Origin: Synergistales bacterium 58_81
GTDB taxonomy: Bacteria; Synergistota; Synergistia; Synergistales; Thermovirgaceae
DNA length: 64,000 nucleotides
Assembly: GCA_001509095.1 (NCBI GenBank)
Contig: LGGV01000001.1
Coordinates: 3,800 to 67,799 of the forward strand
Reading direction: 5' to 3'
In this document: positions 37,447 through 47,339 of the stretch, one piece after another
Position numbering within the stretch: the first letter of the stretch is position 1
How the letters are laid out: every line of letters starts with the position of its first letter
Notes under the pieces: generated by a model
What the model saw: the letters and a program-made list of their open reading frames with translations, nothing else
What the model was told of the DNA's origin: nothing
Databases searched by the model: none
Position numbers and translations under genes: made by a program

Positions 37447-38433
37447 ATGGACAGGACGGCACTATACTGGACTGCAAGGGGAGATGATATCAACTGCCAT
37501 CTTTGCCCCAGGGAGTGCATCGTAAGCCCGGGGCTCACTGGAGCATGCGGCGTCAGAAAGAACTCCAGCGGAAGGCTTGTCTCCCTGAACTATGGTTGGG
37601 CCTGTGTTGCCGTGGATCCTGTCGAGAAAAAACCCCTCTACCACTGGAGACCCGGCACGCGGATCCTCTCCCTGGGGACTGTAGGGTGCAACCTTTTCTG
37701 CCCCTTCTGCCAGAATTGCCATCTGTCGCGTTCACAAAGCCATGGGGGCCTCTCCTGGACGAACCCCTCCGATGTACTGCGGCTCTTGCAGGATCACGGC
37801 GTCCCGTCTGTGGCCTTTACATATAATGAGCCCACCGTTTGGTACGAATTCGTCAGGGAGACATCGCTCCTGCTGAAAAGAGAGGAGAAAGGGGTCGTTC
37901 TGGTCACCAACGGCTACATATCCAGAAAGCCCCTGGAGGACCTTATCCATCTTGTAGATGCAATGAACATTGACCTTAAAGGCTTTTCTGACAGGACCTA
38001 CTCCATGCTGGGAGGTACTCTTGCCCCTGTGCTAGATACGATCCGGACCGCCTTCGAGAGATCGGTCCATGTAGAGATCACCCACCTGGTCGTGCCCGGG
38101 ATCAATGACTCCATCGAGGAATTCCGACAGCTTGTCCGATGGATCGCTGGTCTTTCGGAGAGTATCCCTCTTCACATATCCAGGTATTTCCCGGCTTACC
38201 GCTGGACCCTTCCCCCCACTCCGATACCCTCTATCAGGGTCAGGGAGGAGATCGCTTCGGAATTGCTCGAGAATGTCTATTCCGGGAATCTACAGAGCAG
38301 GAATGACACTCTCTGCCCGGTCTGCGGTGATGTCCTGGTGGAGAGGGGTGATCCCTACAGGGTCAGGGTGAACCTCTCGGAAGATGGGACATGTCCACGC
38401 TGCAAAACCCCTCGGGGTATTGTCATGTCGTGA
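37447..38433 (+). CDS. AmmeMemoRadiSam-type radical SAM enzyme (PflA-like activase family)
   Basis: Contains CHLCPRECIVSPGLTGACGVR, DPVEKKPLYHW and the radical SAM cluster motif GCNLFCPFCQNC. 328 aa. Confidence 0.9.
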   Translation: MDRTALYWTARGDDINCHLCPRECIVSPGLTGACGVRKNSSGRLVSLNYGWACVAVDPVEKKPLYHWRPGTRILSLGTVGCNLFCPFCQNCHLSRSQSHGGLSWTNPSDVLRLLQDHGVPSVAFTYNEPTVWYEFVRETSLLLKREEKGVVLVTNGYISRKPLEDLIHLVDAMNIDLKGFSDRTYSMLGGTLAPVLDTIRTAFERSVHVEITHLVVPGINDSIEEFRQLVRWIAGLSESIPLHISRYFPAYRWTLPPTPIPSIRVREEIASELLENVYSGNLQSRNDTLCPVCGDVLVERGDPYRVRVNLSEDGTCPRCKTPRGIVMS

Positions 38434-38491
38434 TTTTCCATATAATCTCTCTTCAAGAGGGTTTCAATCGACCAACGGGGGGCGATCCTTT

Positions 38492-40024
38492 ATGGGATCT
38501 TCGGTACTCGAACTGAACGGTCACTCGCTAAGGCTTGAAGATGTAGTCGGTGTTGCCCGTGAAGGGAGAAAGGTAGCCCTTGACAGGTCTGCCGTTGCCT
38601 TTGTGGAGAGAGGCTCCAGGATGGTTCGTTCCTGGGTGGAGGATGGAAGGATAATCTACGGCATCACCACTGGATTCGGAGACCTTGCAAGCCAGGTCAT
38701 ACCCCCTGACAAGAGCGAGAAGCTCCAGGAAAACCTCCTTACAAGCCACGCCTGTGGGGTAGGGGAGCCCTTCCCGGAAGAGATCGTCAGGGCGATAATG
38801 CTATTAAGGATCAACTCACTGATAAGAGGTTTCTCAGGCATTAGCATGGAGACTCTTTCCCGTCTCGTTGACTTCCTTAACATCGGATTACACCCAGTGA
38901 TCCCCTGCAAGGGGTCCGTAGGCGCCAGCGGAGACCTTTGCCCCCTCTCTCATCTTGCCATTTCGCTTCTTGGCCTGGGAGAGGTCTTTTTCCAGGGGAA
39001 GAGAATGAAGGCTTCAGAGGCCCTCAGGTCCGCAGGACTTGAACCCATAACCCTGGGCCCCAAGGAGGGGCTGGCCCTGAATAACGGAACGGCGGCGATG
39101 ACCGGCGTAGCCGCCATGGCCGTATGGGAGGCGATGGCCGTGCTGAAGACGGCCGACATCGTGGGAGCCATGTCGCTGGAAGCTCTTCACGGTGTCCCCT
39201 TCGCTTTCGACCACAGGACTCACGAACTGAGACCTCACCAGGGTCAGATCAAGGTGGCCAAGAACATCCGGTGTCTTGTCAGTGGCAGCCGGATCCTTGA
39301 AAAATTCGGTAACGAAAGGGTCCAGGACGCCTATTCGCTCCGCTGTATCCCCCAGGTCCACGGGGCAAGCCGCGACGGGGTCCAGTACGTCAAGAACGTG
39401 ATCCAGATTGAGATCAACTCCGTCACGGACAATCCGCTTATCTTCCCCGCCGAGGGTGAGGCCATCAGCGGCGGGAACTTCCACGGTCAGCCAGTAGCCC
39501 TGGCTATGGACTTTTTCGGAATGGCAATGGCCGAGATAGGCAACATTTCAGAGAGAAGGACAGCCAGGCTGGTGGACGGAAAGCTTTCTGGCCTTCCCCC
39601 CTTCCTGGTCGAGAACAGCGGCATCAACAGCGGTTTTATGATCCCCCAGTATGTTGCGGCGGCCCTCGTCTCGGAGAACAAGGTACTTGCCCACCCATCT
39701 TCGGTGGATTCTATCCCCACATCGGCAAACCAGGAGGACCACGTTTCCATGGGGATGTACTCAGCCAGGAAAGGAAAGGAGATCCTGGACAATGTCAAGA
39801 AGATCCTCGCCATCGAGCTTCTTCTTGCCGCCCAGGGGCTGGATTTTTCCAGCCCTCTTGAACCTGGAGCCGGTACAGGGGCTGCCTACAGAAAGCTCAG
39901 GGAGGAGATCCCCTACCTTGAAAAGGATGTTTTCCTTCATCCCATGATAGACAGGATAATCAAAGGGGTGGAGGACCGAAGCTACCTAAAGGCTGTGGAA
40001 GAGGCAACAGGGGAACTGGAATGA
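38492..40024 (+). CDS. hutH: Histidine ammonia-lyase
   Basis: MIO-forming motif GSVGASGDLCPLSH, plus NGTAAMTG and QEDHVSMG. ATG 38492. The 38384 start is read-through. Confidence 0.95.
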   Translation: MGSSVLELNGHSLRLEDVVGVAREGRKVALDRSAVAFVERGSRMVRSWVEDGRIIYGITTGFGDLASQVIPPDKSEKLQENLLTSHACGVGEPFPEEIVRAIMLLRINSLIRGFSGISMETLSRLVDFLNIGLHPVIPCKGSVGASGDLCPLSHLAISLLGLGEVFFQGKRMKASEALRSAGLEPITLGPKEGLALNNGTAAMTGVAAMAVWEAMAVLKTADIVGAMSLEALHGVPFAFDHRTHELRPHQGQIKVAKNIRCLVSGSRILEKFGNERVQDAYSLRCIPQVHGASRDGVQYVKNVIQIEINSVTDNPLIFPAEGEAISGGNFHGQPVALAMDFFGMAMAEIGNISERRTARLVDGKLSGLPPFLVENSGINSGFMIPQYVAAALVSENKVLAHPSSVDSIPTSANQEDHVSMGMYSARKGKEILDNVKKILAIELLLAAQGLDFSSPLEPGAGTGAAYRKLREEIPYLEKDVFLHPMIDRIIKGVEDRSYLKAVEEATGELE

Positions 40025-40060
40025 TCCTTCAATAGCACGGAAACGGAGAGGAGGATAAGT

Positions 40061-42067
40061 ATGTTTGACAACAGCAGAATCGAAGCAGCTATGAGAATAA
40101 CCCTCGGGGGTGAGCTCCCGTCTCCCCCTCCATTCGATCCGCAGATCAGGCGGGCACCTGACAGGGGTTACCGGCTGGACAAAAGACAGACCCTTACAGC
40201 CCTTAAGAACGCCCTCAGGTACATCCCCGAAAAGCTGCACCATGTCCTTGCCCCGGAATTCCTGGATGAACTCAGGAGCCGGGGGAGAATATACGGCTAC
40301 CGGTATCGTCCATCAGCTCCCCTCAAGGGTCTGCCCATTGACAGCTACAAGGGTAAATGTCTCGAGGGCAAGGCCTTCCAGGTAATGATAGACAACAACC
40401 TTGATCCGGAGGTGGCCCTTTACCCCTATGAGCTTGTCACCTACGGGGAGACGGGCAGTGTCTGCCAGAACTGGATGCAGTACCGCCTGATCAGGAAGTA
40501 CCTCGAGGAACTGACAGAGGATATGACCCTCGTTGTCGAGTCGGGGCACCCTCTTGGGCTCTTCCGGTCGGGGCCCGACGCCCCAAGGGTCATTATCACA
40601 AACTCAATGATGGTCGGAATGTTCAACAACCAGGACGACTGGGAGATCGCAGCCCAGATGGGGGTTGCCAATTACGGTCAGATGACCGCCGGTGGCTGGA
40701 TGTACATAGGCCCCCAGGGGATAGTACACGGCACCTTCAACACTATACTGAATGCTGGAAGGAAGCTTGGGCTCTCCAAGGGCAAAGGGCTGGAGGGCGT
40801 TCTTTTTGTCTCTTCCGGCCTTGGTGGAATGAGCGGTGCCCAACCGAAGGCCGCTGAGATAGCGGGTTGCGTCGCGATAATAGCCGAGGTGGATATCTCC
40901 AGGATAGAGACCCGGCACAAGCAGGGGTGGGTCTCGGTGGTCTCAAGCGACCTTGACGAAGTTTTCCGGATCGCCGGAGAGAACCTGTCATCCCGAAAGG
41001 GTATCTCCATCGCCTATCACGGAAACATAGTAGACCTTCTGCAGTATGCTGTGGACAGGAAGGTGAAGATTGACCTTCTTTCGGACCAGACCTCTTGCCA
41101 CGCCCCATATGACGGCGGTTACTGTCCCTTCCAGCTCTCCTTCGAGGAGAGAACGAAGATGCTCAAAAATGACAGAAAGAGATTCCGCCGTATGGTAGAC
41201 GAGAGCCTCAGCAGGCATTTCGATCTTATTCGCACCCTTCACGAAAGGGGGACCTACTTCTTTGACTACGGAAACTCCTTCATGAAAGCCGTCTTCGACA
41301 CCGGGAGGTCGGACATCGCAAAGAACGGCAAGGATACCAGAGAGGGGTTTATCTTCCCTTCCTACGTCGAGGATATCGTGGGGCCCGAACTTTTCGATTT
41401 CGGTTATGGGCCTTTCAGGTGGGTCTGCCTGAGCGGAAGACCGGAAGACCTGGAAAAGACCGACTTTGCCGCCATGGAGTGCATAGATCCCGAGAGAAGA
41501 CCCCAGGACCGGGACAACTTCCTCTGGATCAGGGATGCCGGGAAGAACCGCCTGGTGGTGGGAACCCAGGCCAGGATACTTTACCAGGATGCTGAAGGAC
41601 GGGTAAGGATAGCACTCAGGTTCAACGAAATGGTACGCCGTGGCGAGATCGGACCGGTAATGCTTGGGAGGGATCACCACGACACGGGCGGTACAGATTC
41701 ACCCTTCAGGGAGACGGCCAACATCAAGGATGGCAGTAACGTCATGGCCGACATGGCCGTCCAGTGCTTTGCCGGAAATGCAGCCAGAGGGATGAGCCTT
41801 GTCGCCCTTCACAACGGTGGCGGGGTCGGGATCGGAAAGGCCATAAACGGAGGGTTCGGGCTTGTCCTTGATGGCAGCGAGAGGGTCAATGAAGTGATCA
41901 GAAGATCCCTCTCCTGGGACGTAATCGGAGGGGTAGCCCGCCGTTCCTGGGCAAGGAACCCCAACTCCATTGAGACCATTATCGGACACAACGCGTCTTC
42001 TGGAGATCACGTCACCCTTCCCTTCCTTGCCGACGATGAGTACCTTCTTTCACTGATGGAAGAATGA
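40061..42067 (+). CDS. hutU: Urocanate hydratase (long form)
   Basis: 668 aa with GGMSGAQPKA, GQMTAGGWMYIGPQGIVHGT and GRDHHDTGGTDSPFRETANI. Confidence 0.95.
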   Translation: MFDNSRIEAAMRITLGGELPSPPPFDPQIRRAPDRGYRLDKRQTLTALKNALRYIPEKLHHVLAPEFLDELRSRGRIYGYRYRPSAPLKGLPIDSYKGKCLEGKAFQVMIDNNLDPEVALYPYELVTYGETGSVCQNWMQYRLIRKYLEELTEDMTLVVESGHPLGLFRSGPDAPRVIITNSMMVGMFNNQDDWEIAAQMGVANYGQMTAGGWMYIGPQGIVHGTFNTILNAGRKLGLSKGKGLEGVLFVSSGLGGMSGAQPKAAEIAGCVAIIAEVDISRIETRHKQGWVSVVSSDLDEVFRIAGENLSSRKGISIAYHGNIVDLLQYAVDRKVKIDLLSDQTSCHAPYDGGYCPFQLSFEERTKMLKNDRKRFRRMVDESLSRHFDLIRTLHERGTYFFDYGNSFMKAVFDTGRSDIAKNGKDTREGFIFPSYVEDIVGPELFDFGYGPFRWVCLSGRPEDLEKTDFAAMECIDPERRPQDRDNFLWIRDAGKNRLVVGTQARILYQDAEGRVRIALRFNEMVRRGEIGPVMLGRDHHDTGGTDSPFRETANIKDGSNVMADMAVQCFAGNAARGMSLVALHNGGGVGIGKAINGGFGLVLDGSERVNEVIRRSLSWDVIGGVARRSWARNPNSIETIIGHNASSGDHVTLPFLADDEYLLSLMEE

Positions 42068-42107
42068 CCGTGGGTCCGGTTAAGGGTCCCTATGACGGAG
42101 GAGGATA

Positions 42108-43019
42108 ATGAGGATCGTTGAGTGTGTCCCAAATTTCAGTGAGGGAAGAAGAAAGGATGTTATAGAGAGGATCGTGGCACCTCTCCGCGACAGAAAGGGT
42201 TGCCAACTGCTCGATTACCGGGCCGACGAAGACCACAACCGGCTGGTGATAAGCCTGGCTGGTGACCCCGATGCGATAATGGATCACCTTATCAGATCGG
42301 CGGAAGCCGCCTTCTCGCTTATCGACATGAACGTACATTCCGGTGCCCACCCGAGGATAGGCGCCCTAGACGTTGTCCCCTTTACCCCTCTGAAGGATGT
42401 GTCCATGGAGGAGTGTGTCCAGATCGCCCGGGAATTCGGAAGACGCCTTTACGAAAAGTTCAAGGTTCCGGTCTATTATTACGAGGAGGCAGCCACAAGG
42501 CCTGAGATGAAGAACCTTGAGAACATTCGGAAAGGCCAGTATGAAGGGTTGAAGAAGGCGATCAGTGACCCCGACAGGCATCCAGATGTAGGAGAGGCCA
42601 AGCTCCACCCTACGGCAGGAGCGACAGTCGTGGGAGCGAGAAAATTCCTTGTAGCCTTCAACGTCAACCTGGGCACCCCCCGAATTGAGATCGCAAAAGA
42701 GATCGCAAGATCCATAAGGTTCTCCGGGGGAGGTCTCGCACACGTCAAGGCTATAGGCCTTGCCCTTGAGGAGAAGGGAATGGTCCAGGTTAGCGTGAAC
42801 ATAGTAGACCACGAAAAGAACCCCCTCTACAGGGTTCTTGAGCTGGTTAGGATGGAGGCCTCCCGCTGGGGTGTCCCCGTGGTGGAGACCGAGATCTATG
42901 GAATGGTCCCGGCCTCGGCGATATTCCAGAGCGCTGCCCATTATCTGCAGGTGGCCGACCTGGAGCCTGAACAGATCATCGAGCTCAAGCTCCTCGATAT
43001 GGCAGGGGACCAGCCATGA
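42108..43019 (+). CDS. Glutamate formimidoyltransferase (FTCD N-terminal-domain homolog)
   Basis: Has MRIVECVPNFSEGRR and HPRIGALDVVPF. 303 aa. Confidence 0.9.
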   Translation: MRIVECVPNFSEGRRKDVIERIVAPLRDRKGCQLLDYRADEDHNRLVISLAGDPDAIMDHLIRSAEAAFSLIDMNVHSGAHPRIGALDVVPFTPLKDVSMEECVQIAREFGRRLYEKFKVPVYYYEEAATRPEMKNLENIRKGQYEGLKKAISDPDRHPDVGEAKLHPTAGATVVGARKFLVAFNVNLGTPRIEIAKEIARSIRFSGGGLAHVKAIGLALEEKGMVQVSVNIVDHEKNPLYRVLELVRMEASRWGVPVVETEIYGMVPASAIFQSAAHYLQVADLEPEQIIELKLLDMAGDQP

Positions 43020-44263
43020 CAACGAAACTTTTCAGGGACGCCAGGATCCATACCCCTGTCTCTGATAAAAGCCGGTGCGTATCGTGGGAGAGGGGGGCAT
43101 TGCTCGTCAAGGATGGGCTCATCGAAAGCGTCGGGAGAGAGGACGACGTCCTCCAGGGACTTCATCCGTCGCAGATCGACCAGGAGATCGATCTCGGAGG
43201 CAGATGCGTTGTACCCGGTTTCGTAGACCCTCATACTCACATGTGCTTTTCAGAGCTGAGAGAAAGGGAGTTCGCCCTGCGTCTCTCGGGTGTATCATAC
43301 CTGGAGATCCTCAGGTCTGGGGGAGGGATCCTTTCGTCGGTCCGGTCGGTGAGGAGCGCCAGCGAGGAGACTATCCTTGCGAGGACCCTGAAGAACGTAC
43401 ATATCGCGCTCTCTCTCGGGACCACTACAGTCGAGATCAAGAGCGGATACGGACTTGACACTGCTTCTGAGATACGCATGCTCAGGCTGATAGAAAGGTT
43501 GGGGAGAAAGACTCCTGTCACGGTCGTGCCGACCTTCATGGGGGCCCATGCGGTACCCTCCGAATTCTCCGACGATCCTGAAGGGTATGTTGATCTTCTG
43601 GTCAAAGAGATGATCCCGGCGGTATCCGCCGAATGCAACCCTCCCTTCTGCGATGTTTTCTGCGAGGAGGGTGTCTTCTCCGTTTCACAGGCCAGAAGGG
43701 TCCTGGAGGCTGCCAGAGAGCACGGAATGAAACTCAAGGTCCACGCCGACGAGGTTACCGACACGGGCGGTGCAGCCCTGGCAGCGGAGATGGGTGCGGT
43801 CTCGGCCGAGCACTTACTTGCGGCACGAGAGGAGAACCTTGCGAAGATGGTTTCGGCGGGGGTCATTGCTGTCCTGCTTCCTGCCACGGCCTACAGTCTC
43901 CGTAAACCCTATGCCGACGCAAGGAAGATGCTTGACCTTGGACTTACTGTGGCTCTTGCCACGGACTGCAACCCGGGGTCCTCCTTCACCCAGTCGGTTC
44001 CTTTCGTATTTGGCCTTGCTGTCATGAAAATGGGTATGACCGTCGACGAAGCACTTTCCGGATGCACCCTGAATGCTGCAAGGGCGATAGGTGTCGACAA
44101 GATCTGCGGAAGCCTCGAAAAGAACAAGCTTGCCGACCTAATTGTGCTGGATGGAGACACACCTGCCATTATGGCTTATAATTGCGGTGTCGCTCCGGTC
44201 CTCTCTGTCTACAAGAGGGGGGAGTGTGTTGCAAAAAGACCCGACGATAGGGGGATCAACTGA
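43016..44263 (+). CDS. hutI: Imidazolonepropionase
   Basis: Motifs PGFVDPHTHMCF, KVHADE, SAEHL and ATDCNPGS. Confidence 0.95.
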   Translation: MTTKLFRDARIHTPVSDKSRCVSWERGALLVKDGLIESVGREDDVLQGLHPSQIDQEIDLGGRCVVPGFVDPHTHMCFSELREREFALRLSGVSYLEILRSGGGILSSVRSVRSASEETILARTLKNVHIALSLGTTTVEIKSGYGLDTASEIRMLRLIERLGRKTPVTVVPTFMGAHAVPSEFSDDPEGYVDLLVKEMIPAVSAECNPPFCDVFCEEGVFSVSQARRVLEAAREHGMKLKVHADEVTDTGGAALAAEMGAVSAEHLLAAREENLAKMVSAGVIAVLLPATAYSLRKPYADARKMLDLGLTVALATDCNPGSSFTQSVPFVFGLAVMKMGMTVDEALSGCTLNAARAIGVDKICGSLEKNKLADLIVLDGDTPAIMAYNCGVAPVLSVYKRGECVAKRPDDRGIN

Positions 44264-44898
44264 TGAAAGATATTGCCTCCCTGCCTGTAGAGGATCTTCT
44301 TGAAGAGCTGAGTTCATCCAGCGCCACTCCTGGAGGGGGCTCCGCTTCGGCTTTGTGCGCTTCCATCGCCGCCAGTCTGACGGCGATGGTGGCAAATCTT
44401 ACCGTTGGACGCTCCCGTTTCGCCGAGGTCCAGGAGGAGATGGTCCAGACCTTGGAAAGAAGCAGGGCCCTATCGAAGGAGTTCCTCGACCTCGCCATGA
44501 AGGATTGCGACGCCTTTGACCGTTTCATGGAAGCCCTTGCCCTTCCCAGGGACTCCGAGCAGGATAGAGAGACCAGGAAGAGGTCCATGCAGGAGGCCCT
44601 TAAGGGATCGACCCTTGTACCCATGAGGATGGTCGAACTCGCTGGGGAGTTGGCCGAGTACTGTCTTGCCGTCGCGTCCAGGGGCAACCCGAACGCCATC
44701 ACCGACGCAGGGGTGTCTGCTTTGCTTATAGGAGCTGCCTCCCGTGGGGCGTCCATGAATGCGAGGATCAACCTGGCGTCCATTGAGGACGGGCCATTTG
44801 TCGAAGAGAGTCTCCGCCGTCTCGATGCGGCTCTCGAGAGAACAGGAACGGCCGTCGACAAGGTCCTGGCAGAAGTTTCTACAAAACTTCCCCGGTAA
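44263..44898 (+). CDS. Formimidoyltetrahydrofolate cyclodeaminase family protein (FTCD C-terminal-domain homolog)
   Basis: Contains SSSATPGGGSASALCASIAASLTAMVANLT and NAITDAGVSALL. 211 aa. Confidence 0.85.
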   Translation: MKDIASLPVEDLLEELSSSSATPGGGSASALCASIAASLTAMVANLTVGRSRFAEVQEEMVQTLERSRALSKEFLDLAMKDCDAFDRFMEALALPRDSEQDRETRKRSMQEALKGSTLVPMRMVELAGELAEYCLAVASRGNPNAITDAGVSALLIGAASRGASMNARINLASIEDGPFVEESLRRLDAALERTGTAVDKVLAEVSTKLPR

Positions 44899-44900
44899 TT

Positions 44901-45950
44901 ATGAAGGTTGTCAGACCAGTCACCGTCTCTTGGGCAAGCAGGATCGTTCATCTCATTCTCCTTATCGTTACCTCTGCCTTCTTCATAGCTCTTGCCCGGT
45001 ATCTGCCCCTGAAACTTGCCGGGACAATTCAGATGGGCAGCGGTGATACCCTGGATGTGCTCGTCCTCCCGGGCATGAACGCCAGGGGGATCTCCCGGGT
45101 CTTCGCATCCTCCGGGCTGACTGACCGCCCTGACGAACTGTCAAGATGGTTCACAAGGGAAGGTATAGACAGGTCGATCCGACCCGGACTCTACCGTATC
45201 CGCAAGGGTACGCCCTGGGAGATTGCGCGGCAGATGGCAGTAGCGGAGCCTGAGGTCTCTGGGATCACCCTTTACCCCGGGGAGACCTACGAAGTTCTTC
45301 TTGCCAGGCTCGGTGAGACTTTCGAGAGCGCCCTCGGGAGGGATGATCTCTTTCCAGAAAAGTTACGCCCCTTTCTTCCACCAGTCCCGGGATCGAGGAT
45401 CGCCTTTCTGATACCCGAAACATACAGTGTTACACCATCCGATGGAGCCGTCAGCGAACTGGTAAGGGCCGCCTCGGCGCTTTGGATGAAGAGAGTAGGG
45501 GAAAGGATACTTGGGCCCGGGGCCGATGGTGACACCCTCCTGGAAAGGGCTATCGTGGCATCTCTTGTCGAAAAGGAGGCAAAACATCATAACGAGAGAC
45601 CAATAATCTCCGGAGTGATCCGCAACCGCTCTGAAGCAGGGATGAAACTCCAGATAGATGCCACCGTGGTCTATGCATGGTCTCTAAGGGGGGTTGACCT
45701 AAAGAGGGTCCTCTACCGTGACCTTGAGATCGATTCCCCTTTCAATACCTATCGTTATGCCGGTCTCCCTCCGGCCCCTATCTGTACTCCATCGGAGGAG
45801 TCATGGCTGGCTTCCATCGAGCCGGAGGATGTACCCTTCCTCTACTACGTGGCAATGCCTGACGGTACACACATTTTCAGCAGGACCTTCTCCGAGCACT
45901 CTGAGGCTGTAAGACGCTCGAGAAATGCCTTCGGATCGGTCAGCCAGTGA
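44901..45950 (+). CDS. mltG: Endolytic murein transglycosylase MltG (YceG-like)
   Basis: N-terminal TM segment, then LVEKEAK, VIRNR, LQIDATVVYA and SPFNTYRYAGLPPAPICTP. Confidence 0.85.
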   Translation: MKVVRPVTVSWASRIVHLILLIVTSAFFIALARYLPLKLAGTIQMGSGDTLDVLVLPGMNARGISRVFASSGLTDRPDELSRWFTREGIDRSIRPGLYRIRKGTPWEIARQMAVAEPEVSGITLYPGETYEVLLARLGETFESALGRDDLFPEKLRPFLPPVPGSRIAFLIPETYSVTPSDGAVSELVRAASALWMKRVGERILGPGADGDTLLERAIVASLVEKEAKHHNERPIISGVIRNRSEAGMKLQIDATVVYAWSLRGVDLKRVLYRDLEIDSPFNTYRYAGLPPAPICTPSEESWLASIEPEDVPFLYYVAMPDGTHIFSRTFSEHSEAVRRSRNAFGSVSQ

Positions 45951-47338
45951 GGTGCCTGCAGACAAAGGAGGGCACTGAAGGAATGGACAGACTCTTCGAT
46001 GTTACCGATGCGATTTCGATCCCCGGCACCTCCTTCGGAGAGGTGTTCATACAGAGAAGCTTCGCGCGCCAATGTGTCCTGGATAACGGGACTTTCGAAG
46101 AGGTCTCCTCTTCTCTGACGGAAGGGACGGGTACAAGGATAGTGTTGGGGGACAGGACCTACTTCACCCATTCTTCAGGGTCCAGCCTCTCATCGGTAGC
46201 TTTTACCCTCTCTGAAGGAAAGAGGCGTGCTGGTCTGTCGGCAGGGAGCCCCATCCCGAAGGGGGACAAACCGCTTCTGCCGCTTCCGGAGATCAGGGAG
46301 GAAGCACCCTTCGACAGAATGCGAGAACTGGACCGGATGATCCGAAATCTCTCACCCACGGTGAGGCAGGTATCCCTCGCGTGGAGCAGTGGGTCAAGGG
46401 AGACAGCGATAGCCGGCAGCATTAATCCCCTGTGCCGGCTATCGTCCTGTTCCACGCGATTCTCCGCTTCTGTTGTCGTCGAGTCCGGCGGAGCCCTTCA
46501 CTCCGGAAGGGATGTAAGGGCGTTCAGTCTGCCCCAGGAAGAGTTCCTTCGCTTTAACGATCTAGAGGATGTTGCCCGGGAAGCCTTCAGAAGAGCTTTG
46601 CTCCTCGCGGAAGCAAAACCCTGCCCTGCGGGAGTCATGCCTGTGGTACTGGCAGGGGCCGCTGGTGGGACTATGATCCATGAGGCCTGCGGACACAGCC
46701 TTGAAGCCGATATTGTTATCAAAGACTATTCGTCCTTCAGAGACTGCCTGGAAAAGCAGGTGGCGTCACCTCTTGTAACACTTGTGGATGATCCGACCCT
46801 TCATGGACTCTATGGCAGCTACCCCTTTGACGGTGAAGGGACCCTTTCCCGCAGAACCGTCCTTATCAAGGATGGGGTTCTCAAGTCCTTCCTTACGGAC
46901 CTGCTCTCTTCAAGGCAGGGAGGGTTCCCTGTCAGTGGGAACGGAAGGAGGTCCTCCTTCCGACACCCTCCGGTCCCAAGGATGTCCAATACCTTTATAA
47001 TGAATGGTGACGGGGATCCCGAAGAGATAGTATCCGGTGTCGAGAGGGGACTTCTGGTCCTTAAAATGGGCGGGGGTGAGGTAAACCCCACCTCGGGGGA
47101 TTTTGTCTTTCACGTTACCGAAGGTTACCTTGTTTCCCGAGGCAAAAGGTTATACCCTGTCAGGAATGCCATGCTTACCGGAAACGGCCCCAGGGTGCTC
47201 ATGGAGATCGATGCCGTCGGCAACGATCTTCACTTTGACCCCGGCGTATGCGGCAAGTCGGGTCAGCAGGTCCCGGTGACCGATGGCCAGCCTACGATTC
47301 GGATCAGGCAGCTTGTAGTGGGAGGCAGCGAAGCGTGA
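45947..47338 (+). CDS. tldD: TldD/PmbA family metalloprotease/modulator
   Basis: Motifs HEACGHSLEAD, GRRSSFRHPPVPRMSNTF and GGEVNPTSGDFVF. The start is GTG 45947 (GTGA overlap with mltG) or ATG 45983. No partner pmbA/tldE gene is adjacent. Confidence 0.8.
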   Translation: MRCLQTKEGTEGMDRLFDVTDAISIPGTSFGEVFIQRSFARQCVLDNGTFEEVSSSLTEGTGTRIVLGDRTYFTHSSGSSLSSVAFTLSEGKRRAGLSAGSPIPKGDKPLLPLPEIREEAPFDRMRELDRMIRNLSPTVRQVSLAWSSGSRETAIAGSINPLCRLSSCSTRFSASVVVESGGALHSGRDVRAFSLPQEEFLRFNDLEDVAREAFRRALLLAEAKPCPAGVMPVVLAGAAGGTMIHEACGHSLEADIVIKDYSSFRDCLEKQVASPLVTLVDDPTLHGLYGSYPFDGEGTLSRRTVLIKDGVLKSFLTDLLSSRQGGFPVSGNGRRSSFRHPPVPRMSNTFIMNGDGDPEEIVSGVERGLLVLKMGGGEVNPTSGDFVFHVTEGYLVSRGKRLYPVRNAMLTGNGPRVLMEIDAVGNDLHFDPGVCGKSGQQVPVTDGQPTIRIRQLVVGGSEA

Positions 47339-47339
47339 T

